Assembly (NCBI GenBank): GCA_965242725.1
Contig: CBDESZ010000016.1
Location: forward strand, 256,001-320,000
DNA: 64,000 nt
Direction of reading: 5' to 3'
Origin: Alkalispirochaeta sp.
Lineage (GTDB): Bacteria > Spirochaetota > Spirochaetia > DSM-27196 > Alkalispirochaetaceae
A program made the translations under genes and the position numbers. This document shows, piece after piece, positions 9,666 through 19,654 of the stretch; positions within the stretch are counted from its first letter, which is position 1, and each line of letters opens with the position of its first letter. The notes under the pieces were generated by a model. It did not search any database and was not told the origin of the DNA. It worked only from the letters and a program-made list of their open reading frames with translations.

Positions 9666-10653
9666 CGGTTTCGCTCCGGAAGAAATAGACGAGAAAGACG
9701 ACGCTTCCGAGGACGCCGATAGTGAGGCCGATGGGGATTTCGTAGGGATGAATGACGATCCGGCCGACCACATCTGCGACGAGAACAAACGCGGCTCCAA
9801 AGAGGGCGACCTCGGGCATCGTCCTGTTCAAGTTGTCACCCTTCACCGCAGCCACGAGGTTCGGCACCACCAGACCGACGAAGGGCAACGTTCCGCCAAC
9901 GACGACGACCACGGCGGTCATCGTCGCCGCGGCAAGCGTCGCAATTGTGGTGACTCCCCGTACCTCCAGGCCGAGACCCGTTGCCGTTTCCCGCCCGAGA
10001 CCGGCGATGGTGATGTGGCGGGCCAGGGCATATACGAGTACGGCGAGGGGCACGCCGACGTAGAGGAGTTCATACTGTCCCCGGACGACCATCGAAAAAT
10101 CCCCGGTGAGCCACGACGAGACCGACTGAACCATTTCGAACTGAAATGCCACCGCCTCCGCGACGGCGGAGAGGACGCGACCGAATACGATGCCGACCAA
10201 TGGGAGGACGGCGGCGCTGCGGAGGGACAGCCGGCGGATAATGACGAGAAAGGTTCCGGTGGCGAGAAGGGCAAAAACAGTCGCCGTCAGCAGACGGACC
10301 AGGGGAGGAGCGCTCGGAAAGACGAGCGCGCCGACGAGAAAACCGAGCTGTGCACCGTCGGTGGTCGCCACCGTACCGGGTGAGGCAAAACGGTTCTGAA
10401 GCAGGATCTGAAGAACGACGCCGGTAACCGAGAGCGCCGCGCCGCTTAGAAGGACCGCAGCGAGGCGGGGGAGGCGACTGAGGACAACCAGACGCCACGC
10501 GTCGGAATCTCCCGCGATGAGATGTGCCGGAGTGAGCGGTTGTACCCCGATAAAAAGAGAGGCGAGCCCGCCGACAACGATCGCCGGGAACAGAACCCGA
10601 CGATCGACGAAAGCGGATAAGAGGCGACGAAATCCCGGCATCATCGTTGTCAC
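9655..10653 (-). CDS. Iron chelate ABC permease (FecCD family, CeuB/YclN-like)
   Basis: SRLPRLAA, QNRFASPGT, GTLPFVGLVVPN and HPYEIPIG motifs. Confidence 0.9.
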   Translation of the reverse strand: MTTMMPGFRRLLSAFVDRRVLFPAIVVGGLASLFIGVQPLTPAHLIAGDSDAWRLVVLSRLPRLAAVLLSGAALSVTGVVLQILLQNRFASPGTVATTDGAQLGFLVGALVFPSAPPLVRLLTATVFALLATGTFLVIIRRLSLRSAAVLPLVGIVFGRVLSAVAEAVAFQFEMVQSVSSWLTGDFSMVVRGQYELLYVGVPLAVLVYALARHITIAGLGRETATGLGLEVRGVTTIATLAAATMTAVVVVVGGTLPFVGLVVPNLVAAVKGDNLNRTMPEVALFGAAFVLVADVVGRIVIHPYEIPIGLTIGVLGSVVFLVYFFRSETGAT

Positions 10654-10671
10654 AGCGCTCTGTCGGTTCGG

Positions 10672-11616
10672 TTATTCGACTCCGAGCGCCTGTTCGATAT
10701 CCGCAATCATCATGGAGGTCGCCGTCAATCCGCCGGAGGCGAGATACCACGCCTGCGGACTGACGAAGACGATTCCGTCATTCCGGGCGGCTCTTGTCTG
10801 CGCTACGATCGCGTTGTCCAGGACCGATGCGGCGGTGCCCGTACCGGTTATCGCGGCGCCGCGATCGAGGACGAGGAGATAGTCAGGGTCCTGCTCCAGG
10901 AGGTACTCGAAGGAAACACTTTGACCGTGTGTCGCGGCCTCGATCGTGTCGTCGGCGGGGTCAAAACCGAATGTGGAATAGGCGACGTCAAAGCGTGATC
11001 CCCTGCCGTAGACACTCAGGGAGCCGTCATTGACCATGATGAAGAGCGCACGTTTCCCTTCCGTTGCGTCCCTCAGTCTCTCAATGCGCCGTTCCAATGC
11101 GGCGAGGATCGATTCTGCCGCCTCTTCACGGTCGTAGAGGCGGGCGAGGAGCATGGTGTTGTTCCGTACCGAATCCATATACGCTCCGGGTTCAACCGAG
11201 AGGTATACCGTCGGTGCAATCTCCTGAAGTGCGTCGTACTGGGTGGATTGCCGCGGTGAAATCACGATCACTTCCGGTGCGAAATCAAAGAGCCCTTCAA
11301 AATCGGGTTCAAAGAGGCTCCCGGCGTTGAAATACTCCTCGCCGGCGTAGCTGTCGAGGTAGCCCGGAAGCGTTCCGGGGACGATGCCGCCCACGGCTAT
11401 ATCGAGGCTATCGAGAATATCGAGCCCGTCGTACCCGAAGGCAACCGGACGTTCCGGAGAGGACGGAACCACCGTCGTGCCCAGGTCGTGAGTGATGGTG
11501 ACCGTTTCCCTGTCGCCTGCTGCCGACGGTTCCATTTCCGCCGTTCCCGTCGCAAAGAGGAGTGAAGTTCCCGCTATGAGAAACAACACGATTGTGAAAA
11601 CACGCTGAAGGGGCAT
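10672..11616 (-). CDS. Siderophore ABC substrate-binding protein (CeuE/YclQ/FatB-like)
   Basis: GSLFEPDFE, YGRGSRF, HGQSVSFEY, DRGAAI motifs; GGAGG RBS. Confidence 0.9.
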   Translation of the reverse strand: MPLQRVFTIVLFLIAGTSLLFATGTAEMEPSAAGDRETVTITHDLGTTVVPSSPERPVAFGYDGLDILDSLDIAVGGIVPGTLPGYLDSYAGEEYFNAGSLFEPDFEGLFDFAPEVIVISPRQSTQYDALQEIAPTVYLSVEPGAYMDSVRNNTMLLARLYDREEAAESILAALERRIERLRDATEGKRALFIMVNDGSLSVYGRGSRFDVAYSTFGFDPADDTIEAATHGQSVSFEYLLEQDPDYLLVLDRGAAITGTGTAASVLDNAIVAQTRAARNDGIVFVSPQAWYLASGGLTATSMMIADIEQALGVE

Positions 11617-11637
11617 AAAGTTTCCTCCGTAAAAAAA

Positions 11638-11655
11638 AGTTATGCAAGGCTAACT
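11638..11655. promoter_or_regulatory. Imperfect palindrome AGTTATGCAAGGCTAACT, candidate DtxR/TroR-family metal-repressor operator
   Basis: AGTTA-N8-TAACT arms; overlaps the promoter of the iron ABC operon. Confidence 0.55.
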
Positions 11656-11686
11656 ATTATTATAAAATGTGTCAACAATAGGTCAA
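11647..11686 (-). promoter_or_regulatory. Tandem sigma70-like promoters of the iron ABC operon
   Basis: Minus strand: TTGACC(11686-81)-N16-TATAAT(11664-59) and TTGACA(11675-70)-N17-TAGCCT(11652-47). Confidence 0.65.
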
Positions 11687-11849
11687 AAATCTATTTTACC
11701 CTTCCGGACGGCGGGAACGGGCGTATCGACGCGGTGAAAGGCGGGAAAAACCCGCTCCTTTTGCCGGACGATGTGTGACGTAGTAGATTGTATATGCATC
11801 ATAGTTTTGGCAGACGCCGCCTATTTTCGCAGGAACCAGGAGGTGCGAG

Positions 11850-12593
11850 ATGAATGGAGTGCAGGACGTCCGAAACGATCCCGTGGCCGTTGTCGCCGGA
11901 GGCACCGGGGGCATCGGTGAAGGTGTTGTGAAAGCCCTCGTCGAAGAACACTATATTGTCTACGTGCCGGTTCGTGAAATCGACCGTGCCGACAGGCTGA
12001 AAGGGTACGTGAACGATTCCGAACGGCTTCGTTTTATTCCCGCCGATCTGTGCGATGATCTCGCCGTCGCTGCGATGAAAGAGAGAATTCTTGAGGAAGT
12101 CTCCCGGATCGATGCCGTCGTCGTCTCCGTCGGTGCCGGATATTACGGACACAGCCTGCATCGTATGCCCCGGACCGACTGGGATCGGAGTATTCAGGAC
12201 AATCTGGTGACCCACTTCAATACGCAGCGTGTCTTTGTGGAGCAGTTGCGGCAGCAGGACGGGGGAGTCTATGTGACCATGATCGGGCCGGAAGCGGAGC
12301 ATATTCGTCCCGATGCGGGAATGGCTTCAATCATGGCGGCGGCTCAGAAGATGATAACCCGGGTCCTCGCCACGGAGTCTGCGGATCGGAATGTACGAAT
12401 CCACGCCCTTACCGCCCACACGACGATCAATACCCGCACCCGGGGAGAAAACACAAACCCCGAATGGATAACCGCCCATGAACTGGGAGAGTACGTGCTT
12501 CGTCTCATTGAAGGACGCGTTCCCAACAGTAGTGAAGCACTGCACGACATAAAGGATCTCTCGCAGCTGAGGAGAGTCCTCGGTCGCGTCTGA
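11850..12593 (+). CDS. Short-chain dehydrogenase/reductase (atypical)
   Basis: VAVVAGGTGGIGEG Rossmann motif; canonical YxxxK not evident; AGGAGG RBS. Confidence 0.75.
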   Translation: MNGVQDVRNDPVAVVAGGTGGIGEGVVKALVEEHYIVYVPVREIDRADRLKGYVNDSERLRFIPADLCDDLAVAAMKERILEEVSRIDAVVVSVGAGYYGHSLHRMPRTDWDRSIQDNLVTHFNTQRVFVEQLRQQDGGVYVTMIGPEAEHIRPDAGMASIMAAAQKMITRVLATESADRNVRIHALTAHTTINTRTRGENTNPEWITAHELGEYVLRLIEGRVPNSSEALHDIKDLSQLRRVLGRV

Positions 12594-12631
12594 ACTTGAT
12601 CCGACCGGCGTTCCCCGATACGCTCGTCGCC

Positions 12632-13513
12632 ATGTCCGTTCTCTTTGCGTCACTCGCCGCGGTCTTTTTCGGTACCGCCGATTTCACCGGAGGCTTTGCC
12701 TCGCGGAAAAATTCAATTCCCGCCGTGCTGGTATGGTCTCAGCTTGCAGGGCTTGCTCTTGTCATTCTCTTCATCGTCGTTGACGGTCGTGCGGCAGTCC
12801 CTTCACTGGGAGACGGGCTGTTCGGCGCCGCCGCGGGCATTGCGGGCCTCGGCGGTCTGGCCTTTCTCTATCGCGGTCTTTCCCGCGGTCTTGTGGCGAT
12901 TGTTTCGCCCCTTGCGGCATTGATCGGGGCGGTAACTCCTCTTGTGGGTGGTCTGCTCCTCGGCGAACGGATGTCGACTCTCGCGGCTTTCGGCGTCGCC
13001 CTCGCCCTCCCGGCGATCGTTCTCGTCTCCTGGCAGGGTCGTCTTCCCCTGCATGAACACGATCAGCGGAGAATGAGGGAGTCTCTCAGAGACGGCGTCG
13101 CATCGGGTTTCTTTTTCGGCCTTTTTTTCCTGCTTATCAGTATTCCCGACGATGCGAGCGGTATGTGGCCCCTTGCGGTGGCACGTATCTGTTCGATCTC
13201 GTTTACCGTACTGGTCGTTTCCGTCCCATTTGTGCCGAGTCAGCTGTGGGGAGGCCGCAGCGACACGCCACGGCTGCAGCTTCATGGCGGTGTCTTTCCG
13301 GTCATTGCCGCGGGCGTGATGGATATGGCGGCGAATATTTTCCTCGTCCTTGCATTTCGAAGCGGTCTATTGTCGATCGCAGCCGTCATCAGCTCCGCCT
13401 ACCCCGTGCAGACCGTTGTTCTGTCGCGGTTCATTTTCGGTGAGCGGGTCGGTACCGTACGTATCGCGGGTATCGTCCTCGCCCTTTCGGGCATAGCCCT
13501 CATGTCGGCATAG
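12632..13513 (+). CDS. DMT/EamA family transporter
   Basis: FFGTADFTGG, multi-TM, SAYPVQTVVLSRFIFGERV motif. Confidence 0.82.
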   Translation: MSVLFASLAAVFFGTADFTGGFASRKNSIPAVLVWSQLAGLALVILFIVVDGRAAVPSLGDGLFGAAAGIAGLGGLAFLYRGLSRGLVAIVSPLAALIGAVTPLVGGLLLGERMSTLAAFGVALALPAIVLVSWQGRLPLHEHDQRRMRESLRDGVASGFFFGLFFLLISIPDDASGMWPLAVARICSISFTVLVVSVPFVPSQLWGGRSDTPRLQLHGGVFPVIAAGVMDMAANIFLVLAFRSGLLSIAAVISSAYPVQTVVLSRFIFGERVGTVRIAGIVLALSGIALMSA

Positions 13514-13538
13514 ACGACGACCGCGACCGCCTGAGCCG

Positions 13539-15070
13539 CTACGTTCGGTCGCCTGAAGCCAGTTCCATTGAGCGGGGATCGACATCCACGTATGCCAGTT
13601 CCTGGCCGTGGAGAAATTGACCCACCAGTCCGCCGATCTCTTCCTTCAACTGGGCGACGGCACTTGAAATGAGTCTGGAATCGAAACCCGTATCGAGCAG
13701 ACGTTGCACCCGGTCGATGGCGGTGACGCGGCTGAATATCCGGCCAAGGTCTATGCGGCGACGCTGCGACAACTCCGGCTGAATAGAAAAATCGAGAAAC
13801 GACCGGACCCGTTCGACGCCCCGCGCCGTGAGGGGGTGGTCCTCAAGGAATCGGGCGATGTTTGCGTCGCCGCCACGGAAGAAGGTCTTGAGAAAGCCGT
13901 CTCCGATCTGGTGGTAAATGACGTCGTTGGATCCTTCAAAGATTTGAAACGGGCGGGAGTCCGTCGTCGCCCGGCCGGCAAAGTGGTCCTGACGGTACCC
14001 CTTGGCCCCGACCAGTTGAAGGACGTTCTGCGCCGCCGACTGCATGTAATCGCTCATGAGCGCCTTGTGCACATTGGCGACAAGGCCCTCTTTGACCCCC
14101 CCCCCCCCCCCCCCAGGTTGAATGAAATGCCTGACCGTGTGATGGAATCATGACAGAAGGCGCGGGCGGTGGTCACCCACCCCTGCAACCGGGCGAGGTG
14201 GCGCTGAACCTGATCAAACTGAGCGAGTGGTTTTCCGCCGATGAAACGCTTCCGGGTATGCTCCACCGCTTCGTCGAGAGTTCGTCGTATAAATCCGAGA
14301 GCCGTACCGGGGAAACGCATGCGGCTGCGGTGGAGGAGATCCTGCATCATTTTCATGCCCCCGCCGTCAAACTCCAGTTTGTGGTTTTCAGGGACCTGAA
14401 GATCGAGACGATTCCGTCCATAGGGGATCATGTACAGGCCGAGGTTGTTGTAATACTCCTCGACGCGGACGAGCTGCTCCGGACGGCGGGAATCGCAGAA
14501 GAAGAATCCGATCTCCCGACTCAATGAACCGTCTTCCTTCCGCCTCCTGGCGGTGACGAGCCAGTAGTCGGCCCAGCCGCTCAAGCCGGCCCAGTGTTTT
14601 TCACCTTTTATGTGATAACCGTCGTCGTTGCGGTGAAAGCTCGTCTGCATATTCAGGGCGTCCGTCCCGTAGTCAGGTTCGGTGATCATGAGTCCACCCA
14701 TGGCGTTCTCTTCGCGCATTCTCTTCAGTACCGGACCCGCGATGTCGGGGTCGGCGTATTTTGACATCGGCTCCGCGAAGAGGGCGCCGTTGATTCCGAG
14801 TATGAGTCCCAACGGAAGTGATTCGTAGGCGACCGTGTCGAGAACGGAGAGTATTTCCGCGGGATCGGCACCCCGTCCGCCATATCGGGTGGAGATCGAC
14901 GCATCGATGGGGCGGGTGTTGAGAAACTCCCGCAGGAAAAAGGGCGGGATTCCGCGCTGGAGGTTCTGCCGGTCCTGATCGAGCCGTTCGTACATGAGAA
15001 ATCGAAGGGTTTCCCGAAGACGATTCATATACGTTTTAAATGGTTCTACCGTGGTTTCCGTCGTGTACAT
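13539..15070 (-). pseudogene. Acyl-CoA dehydrogenase family gene split by a frameshift at a G19 run (phase-variable, pseudogene or artefact)
   Basis: N-part (14054-15070) has LMITEPDYGTD and GEKHWAG; C-part (13539-14072) has QLVGAKGY and QIFEGSND; frames switch at C19 at 14096-14114. Confidence 0.8.
14096..14114 (-). repeat. 19-nt homopolymer (poly-G on the coding strand)
   Basis: Counted directly: 5+10+4 C. Confidence 0.95.
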
Positions 15071-15295
15071 GGGTACAAGTATAGTTTATTATTACTGTAA
15101 TGAATACATCACGAGGGGCGGGCGCCACTTGCCGTGTCACCAACCCTTTCGGTATGCTTTGGGCGGTTATTCGGTCAAGAGCCGCTTTTTTGTAGAATGA
15201 TGAACACTGTGAGACGCTTTGTAGCCGACGCGGTGCGTTGTCATTGAATAGTCAGATCACGACCGTGTGAACCCGGCCATTTGAGGAGGAACGTC

Positions 15296-16963
15296 ATGGC
15301 AGATTCGAATATCCCCGGTGATGGAGGCGACAAGGGAACGGCACAGTCGTCAGGGGGCGTTTCACGACCGATTCGCGAACAACTCACCCCACGGGCCCTC
15401 GTCATCGGCGCCCTCGGTGCCGTCATTATCGCCGCCAGTTCCATGTATGTCGCCCTCAGGCTCGGAGCCCTTCCATGGCCGACGATCTTTGTCGCCCTTC
15501 TGAGTATGGCCGCTCTGAAAGGTCTGGGTAAGACCAACCTCAATGAAATCAACGTCACCCACACGGCGATGAGCGCCGGCGCGATGATCGCCGGCGGTTT
15601 TGCATTCACCATCCCGGCAATCTGGATTCTCCAGCCCGACAGGGAGATCTCATTTCCACCGCTCATTCTCGTCGTTCTCGCCGGGACGATTCTCGGCCTC
15701 ATTCTGACCGCCCTTGTGCGACGCCACTTTGTGGAAACCGAGGCACTTCCCTACCCCGTGGGTACCGCGGCGTATGAGACGGTACAGGTGGGAGACGAAG
15801 GGGGCGGCAAGGCGGGATTTCTCTTTGGGTCCATGGGTATTTCCGCCCTCTTTGTTGCAGGCCGCGATCTTGTGGCGGCAATTCCCGCCGCCCTTTCGTC
15901 TGCGACGCTCGCGGCGCGGAACATTTCCGTCGGGTTCTGGATTTCTCCCATGGCGGTCGGTATCGGATACATCATCGATGTCGTATACACCGCCGTGTGG
16001 TTTGCAGGTTCGATTTTTGCGTATGTCATACTCGTCCCCGTGGGAATCGCCCTGGGTATTTTCCCGGATATGGCGACGGCCGAAGCGTTCCGGTCCAGCC
16101 TCGGTATCGGACTGATGGTGGGAACCGGCGTCGGCGTCCTGGTAAAGGGAATACTTCCCCGATTCAAGGCGATCTTTGCGGGTGTCGTTACCGATCTGGG
16201 AGTGAGCGGCAACCGCCGCCTCGCCGTCAGTCTCCCCGTGGGTGGTGCCGTCGTTGTGGTGATTCTTTCAATACTCGCCGGTATACCCGTCGTTCCGTCG
16301 ATTCTGCTCCTTCTGGGCGTTGTGATTGCGACGGTGATGGCCGCAGATCTGACGGGCAGAACGGGAATCAACCCGATGGAGATTCTCGGAATCATCGTGC
16401 TTCTGGGAATCCGGCTGGTTGTGCCCTCCCTGGGGCAGACACCTGCGATCCTCATCGCGGCGGTAACCGCCGTCAGCTGTGGTCTTACCGGGGACGTTCT
16501 CAACGATTTCAAAGCGGGACATCTTTTTCACACGAGTCCGCGGGCGCAAATCACCGCGGAAGCGGTGGGTGGGATTGTGGGTGCCCTTGTATCGGTGGGG
16601 ACCTTCGCGATCCTGCTGACCCGGTACGGTTCCTTTGGAGGGGAGCTTCCGGCGCCGCAGGCACACGCCGTGGCCGCCCTCGCGGCGGGAATTCCCGACG
16701 TGACGGCCTTTACCATCGGGCTGGTGGTCGGGCTGGTCGTCTATCTCATCGGGTGGCCCGGTATGACCCTCGGCCTTGGTGTGTATCTTCCGATGATGAT
16801 TTCCGCTCCGGTCTTTCTGGGTGGTTTGATTCGTCTTGTCATCGCCAGAAGGAAACCGCAGTGGGATGAAAAAGGCGTCGTCGTTGCCTCGGGTCTCCTG
16901 GGGGGTGAGGGCGTCACCGGTGTCATTATCGCCATCGTCCAGGTGAGCGGCGGCCTCTTTTAA
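15296..16963 (+). CDS. OPT family oligopeptide/metal-chelate transporter
   Basis: REQLTPRALVIG, LPYPVGTA, DFKAGHL, APQA and SGLLGGEG motifs; GAGGAGG RBS. Confidence 0.88.
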   Translation: MADSNIPGDGGDKGTAQSSGGVSRPIREQLTPRALVIGALGAVIIAASSMYVALRLGALPWPTIFVALLSMAALKGLGKTNLNEINVTHTAMSAGAMIAGGFAFTIPAIWILQPDREISFPPLILVVLAGTILGLILTALVRRHFVETEALPYPVGTAAYETVQVGDEGGGKAGFLFGSMGISALFVAGRDLVAAIPAALSSATLAARNISVGFWISPMAVGIGYIIDVVYTAVWFAGSIFAYVILVPVGIALGIFPDMATAEAFRSSLGIGLMVGTGVGVLVKGILPRFKAIFAGVVTDLGVSGNRRLAVSLPVGGAVVVVILSILAGIPVVPSILLLLGVVIATVMAADLTGRTGINPMEILGIIVLLGIRLVVPSLGQTPAILIAAVTAVSCGLTGDVLNDFKAGHLFHTSPRAQITAEAVGGIVGALVSVGTFAILLTRYGSFGGELPAPQAHAVAALAAGIPDVTAFTIGLVVGLVVYLIGWPGMTLGLGVYLPMMISAPVFLGGLIRLVIARRKPQWDEKGVVVASGLLGGEGVTGVIIAIVQVSGGLF

Positions 16964-17039
16964 GGTCTTCCGCCCCTTGGCGCCGGCTACAATGCGATGC
17001 ACCGATCCGCCGCGTCGCTTCGCGGGGGCCGCTGAGTAC

Positions 17040-18716
17040 CTATGAAGAAGCCGCCGCAACGGCGCCGTTTCGCTCAGCCAGCTCCTCAAGCACACGCATC
17101 ACTTCCGGAAGAAGCTGTTTCTTCCGGGAGAGCACGCCCGGCATGTCGTACGTTCGATCAGCAATGTGACTGAAGGGCAGCGCTTCCTCCGCCTGTGGAT
17201 AAGATGAGGTGAGGAGGAGGCTGTTCCGTTTCATCACGTCCGTGACCATAAGCATGCACCATTTACACCGTTTTTCCCGGGCCACCGCATCGAGGGCCTC
17301 AACGAGGCGGGTGCGATAGTTGCCGGTGTCCGCGAGGGTGGTGACCTCGACCTGTCCGATCCCTACCCGTACCGACCCGTGGGTGTACTGCTTGTAGTCG
17401 GAGAGGATGATTTCCCGGGGTTCCCTGTTTTCAAGGGCGTTCAACTGGGAAAAGAGGCGCTTGGCGTGTTCGCTGGCGGATATGCCGGTGATCGTCTCCA
17501 GGCGATAGATCGCCCGACGGTCCGCCTCGGTGGTGGTGGGCGAGTAGAGGTTCACCGTGTCGGAGATGATGCCCGACAGGAGGAGGATCGCCACTTCCCG
17601 GTCGATGGCGAGGCCCCGTCCGGCGTACTCTTCATAGACGAGCGTGCAGGTGCTGCCCACCGGGCGCGTCGTAACGGCAATGGGCTGCGTCGTTGACGGC
17701 GGAGCAAGGCGGTGGTGGTCGACGATTTCAAGTATTTCCGCTTCCTCCGCACCGTCTACGGCCTGGGAGATCTCATTGTGGTCGACCATGATGAGCTTCC
17801 GTCGCGGACGTTCAATGAAGGAGCGGCGGCTCACCATCCCCTCATAGGTGCCCTCGTCAAAGACGGGCAGACCGCGGTATTTGGAATTGAGAAGCAGGTT
17901 CTTCCCCTCGTCGAAGGGCGTTTCCGTGTTCAACCGGGGGACGCCGGCGTCCATGATCGTCCGGACGGGAGAACTGAGGCGCAGGAGACGGATCGTCTCG
18001 GCGGTGTCCGTCCCGGAGCGGTACACGGCACCGCGGAAGGTCGACATGTCCGTCGCGATGGCCTCGCCCTTTTCAAGTCCTGTAATGACCACCGCCGGGA
18101 GCTGTGACTCCACGGCGTGGCGCAGAATCTCGCTGCGGTTTCCCACAACAAGGAGGGGCGGTGTCGGCAGCAGCCGTATCATTTCGATGGAGCGATGGTC
18201 GGGCATGGAACCGGTGACGATGGGCGCTTCAAAGAGACCCTCTTCTCCCTTCTGGAGCAGTTCACCGGGAAGGACGCGGTTGAAATTGGAGACGAGAAAT
18301 GTATAGAGCGGTCGCGGTCCCTTGTTCTGGGCGAGAATGTATGAAGTGATTTCATTTACGCCGACGACGCCGGTGAACGCTCCCTCCCCGTCAATGATGG
18401 GGATTGCGGAAATCGTCTGGTTTTCCACCTCCCTGATCGCGTCAAGGACGGGATCGTCGGGATGGAGGATGACGGGACTCCGCTTGGCAATCATGCCGAT
18501 TGTCGGCGCGACGGTGTCGACGTGACGAGGTTCCTCCACTCCGGCAAGTTCAAAGACGTCGCGAATCTGCCCGTTCAGGGGGCCGGTCCGTATCGGGACG
18601 TATCGGGTGCGGGGATCGAGGGTTCTTTTCAGTGCGGCGTAGCAGTACGCCGCACAGGTGCAATCCATGTCCGGATTCTTGTGGCCCGCTACATATACAA
18701 GGGTCTTGGTGTTCAT
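17040..18716 (-). CDS. ppaC: Family II Mn-dependent inorganic pyrophosphatase with CBS and DRTGG domains
   Basis: GHKNPDMD, VDHNE..AVDG, VDHH, SGIISDT, GVLSRKKQ motifs plus a CBS-pair insert. Confidence 0.88.
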   Translation of the reverse strand: MNTKTLVYVAGHKNPDMDCTCAAYCYAALKRTLDPRTRYVPIRTGPLNGQIRDVFELAGVEEPRHVDTVAPTIGMIAKRSPVILHPDDPVLDAIREVENQTISAIPIIDGEGAFTGVVGVNEITSYILAQNKGPRPLYTFLVSNFNRVLPGELLQKGEEGLFEAPIVTGSMPDHRSIEMIRLLPTPPLLVVGNRSEILRHAVESQLPAVVITGLEKGEAIATDMSTFRGAVYRSGTDTAETIRLLRLSSPVRTIMDAGVPRLNTETPFDEGKNLLLNSKYRGLPVFDEGTYEGMVSRRSFIERPRRKLIMVDHNEISQAVDGAEEAEILEIVDHHRLAPPSTTQPIAVTTRPVGSTCTLVYEEYAGRGLAIDREVAILLLSGIISDTVNLYSPTTTEADRRAIYRLETITGISASEHAKRLFSQLNALENREPREIILSDYKQYTHGSVRVGIGQVEVTTLADTGNYRTRLVEALDAVAREKRCKWCMLMVTDVMKRNSLLLTSSYPQAEEALPFSHIADRTYDMPGVLSRKKQLLPEVMRVLEELAERNGAVAAASS

Positions 18717-19654
18717 ACCGGCGTTCCCGCGCCTGCCCTTTTCAGAATGCTCCGAACGCCGTCGAGCATTGAGTCGAGATCGCTCAGGTTCAACGGCAGG
18801 ACGACGCGGGTATCGGCGGATGCGAGATTGCGCAGCTCGGCGATGTACTGCTCCGAAAGCTGCAGGGACAACGCTTCGTCTCCGCCGTCGGCTTCGAGTG
18901 CGGCTGCAAGCTTCCGGATAGACACGGCGGTAGCCTTGGCAAGCGCCCGGATTTCAGCAGCCTTGCCCTCGGCCTCATTGATCCACTTTTCCTTTTCCCC
19001 TTCGGATCTGTTGATGGCTTCCTCCATTTCTCCCACGGAGTAGTTGATTTTACTTTCCATCTCACCGAGAGAACGGGCAATCTGGGCGCGTTTATCCCGT
19101 TCCGCACGAAGCTGCGCTTCCATCGCCTGCAGAATGTCGGCGGGGACGTTTATGTTCTGTATCTCATATCGTGTGACGTCGACGCCCCATTCCGCGCTCG
19201 CCGCATCGACCTCCTTGACGATGGCGGCATTGATCGCATCCCGTTCTTCAAAGGTCTTGTCCAGTTCCAGTTTTCCAATGACCGAACGCATCGTCGTCTG
19301 GGCGAGCTGAATCGTTGCGTATCGGTAGTTGCTGATCCCGTAGCTCGCTTTTTTGGGATCGGTGACCTTGTAGTAGAGGACTCCGTCAACGTCGACCTTC
19401 ACATTGTCCCAGGTGAAACAGGGCTGGGTCGGAACGTCTACAGCCTGTTCCTTGAGACTGTGGGTATATGCAACCTTGTCTATAAACGGCACGAGAACGT
19501 GAAATCCCGCCTGAAGGGTGGATGCGTACTTGCCGAGTCGCTCCACGACGAGCACGGTCTTTGCCGGGACGATTCTGATACTACGTACAAGAGCGATAAA
19601 GATGACGAGGCCGAGGAGGCCGAGTACGATTTGAAGGGGTAGAAAAGGACTCAT
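18713..19654 (-). CDS. SPFH/band 7 (stomatin-like, QmcA-type) protein
   Basis: VVERLGKY, QLAQTTMRSVIG, WGVDVTRYEI and C-terminal Band_7_C-like segment. Confidence 0.92.
   Translation of the reverse strand: MSPFLPLQIVLGLLGLVIFIALVRSIRIVPAKTVLVVERLGKYASTLQAGFHVLVPFIDKVAYTHSLKEQAVDVPTQPCFTWDNVKVDVDGVLYYKVTDPKKASYGISNYRYATIQLAQTTMRSVIGKLELDKTFEERDAINAAIVKEVDAASAEWGVDVTRYEIQNINVPADILQAMEAQLRAERDKRAQIARSLGEMESKINYSVGEMEEAINRSEGEKEKWINEAEGKAAEIRALAKATAVSIRKLAAALEADGGDEALSLQLSEQYIAELRNLASADTRVVLPLNLSDLDSMLDGVRSILKRAGAGTPV

Noticed and set aside
11617..11700. Fur box upstream of the iron operon
   Set aside because: The AT-rich TATTATTATA is explained by the -10 element; there is no GATAATGATAATCATTATC-like array
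11738..11763. GCGGG-AAAAA-CCCGC hairpin followed by TCCTTTT as an attenuator
   Set aside because: Short stem in a divergent intergenic region with no supporting transcript or leader peptide; could be chance
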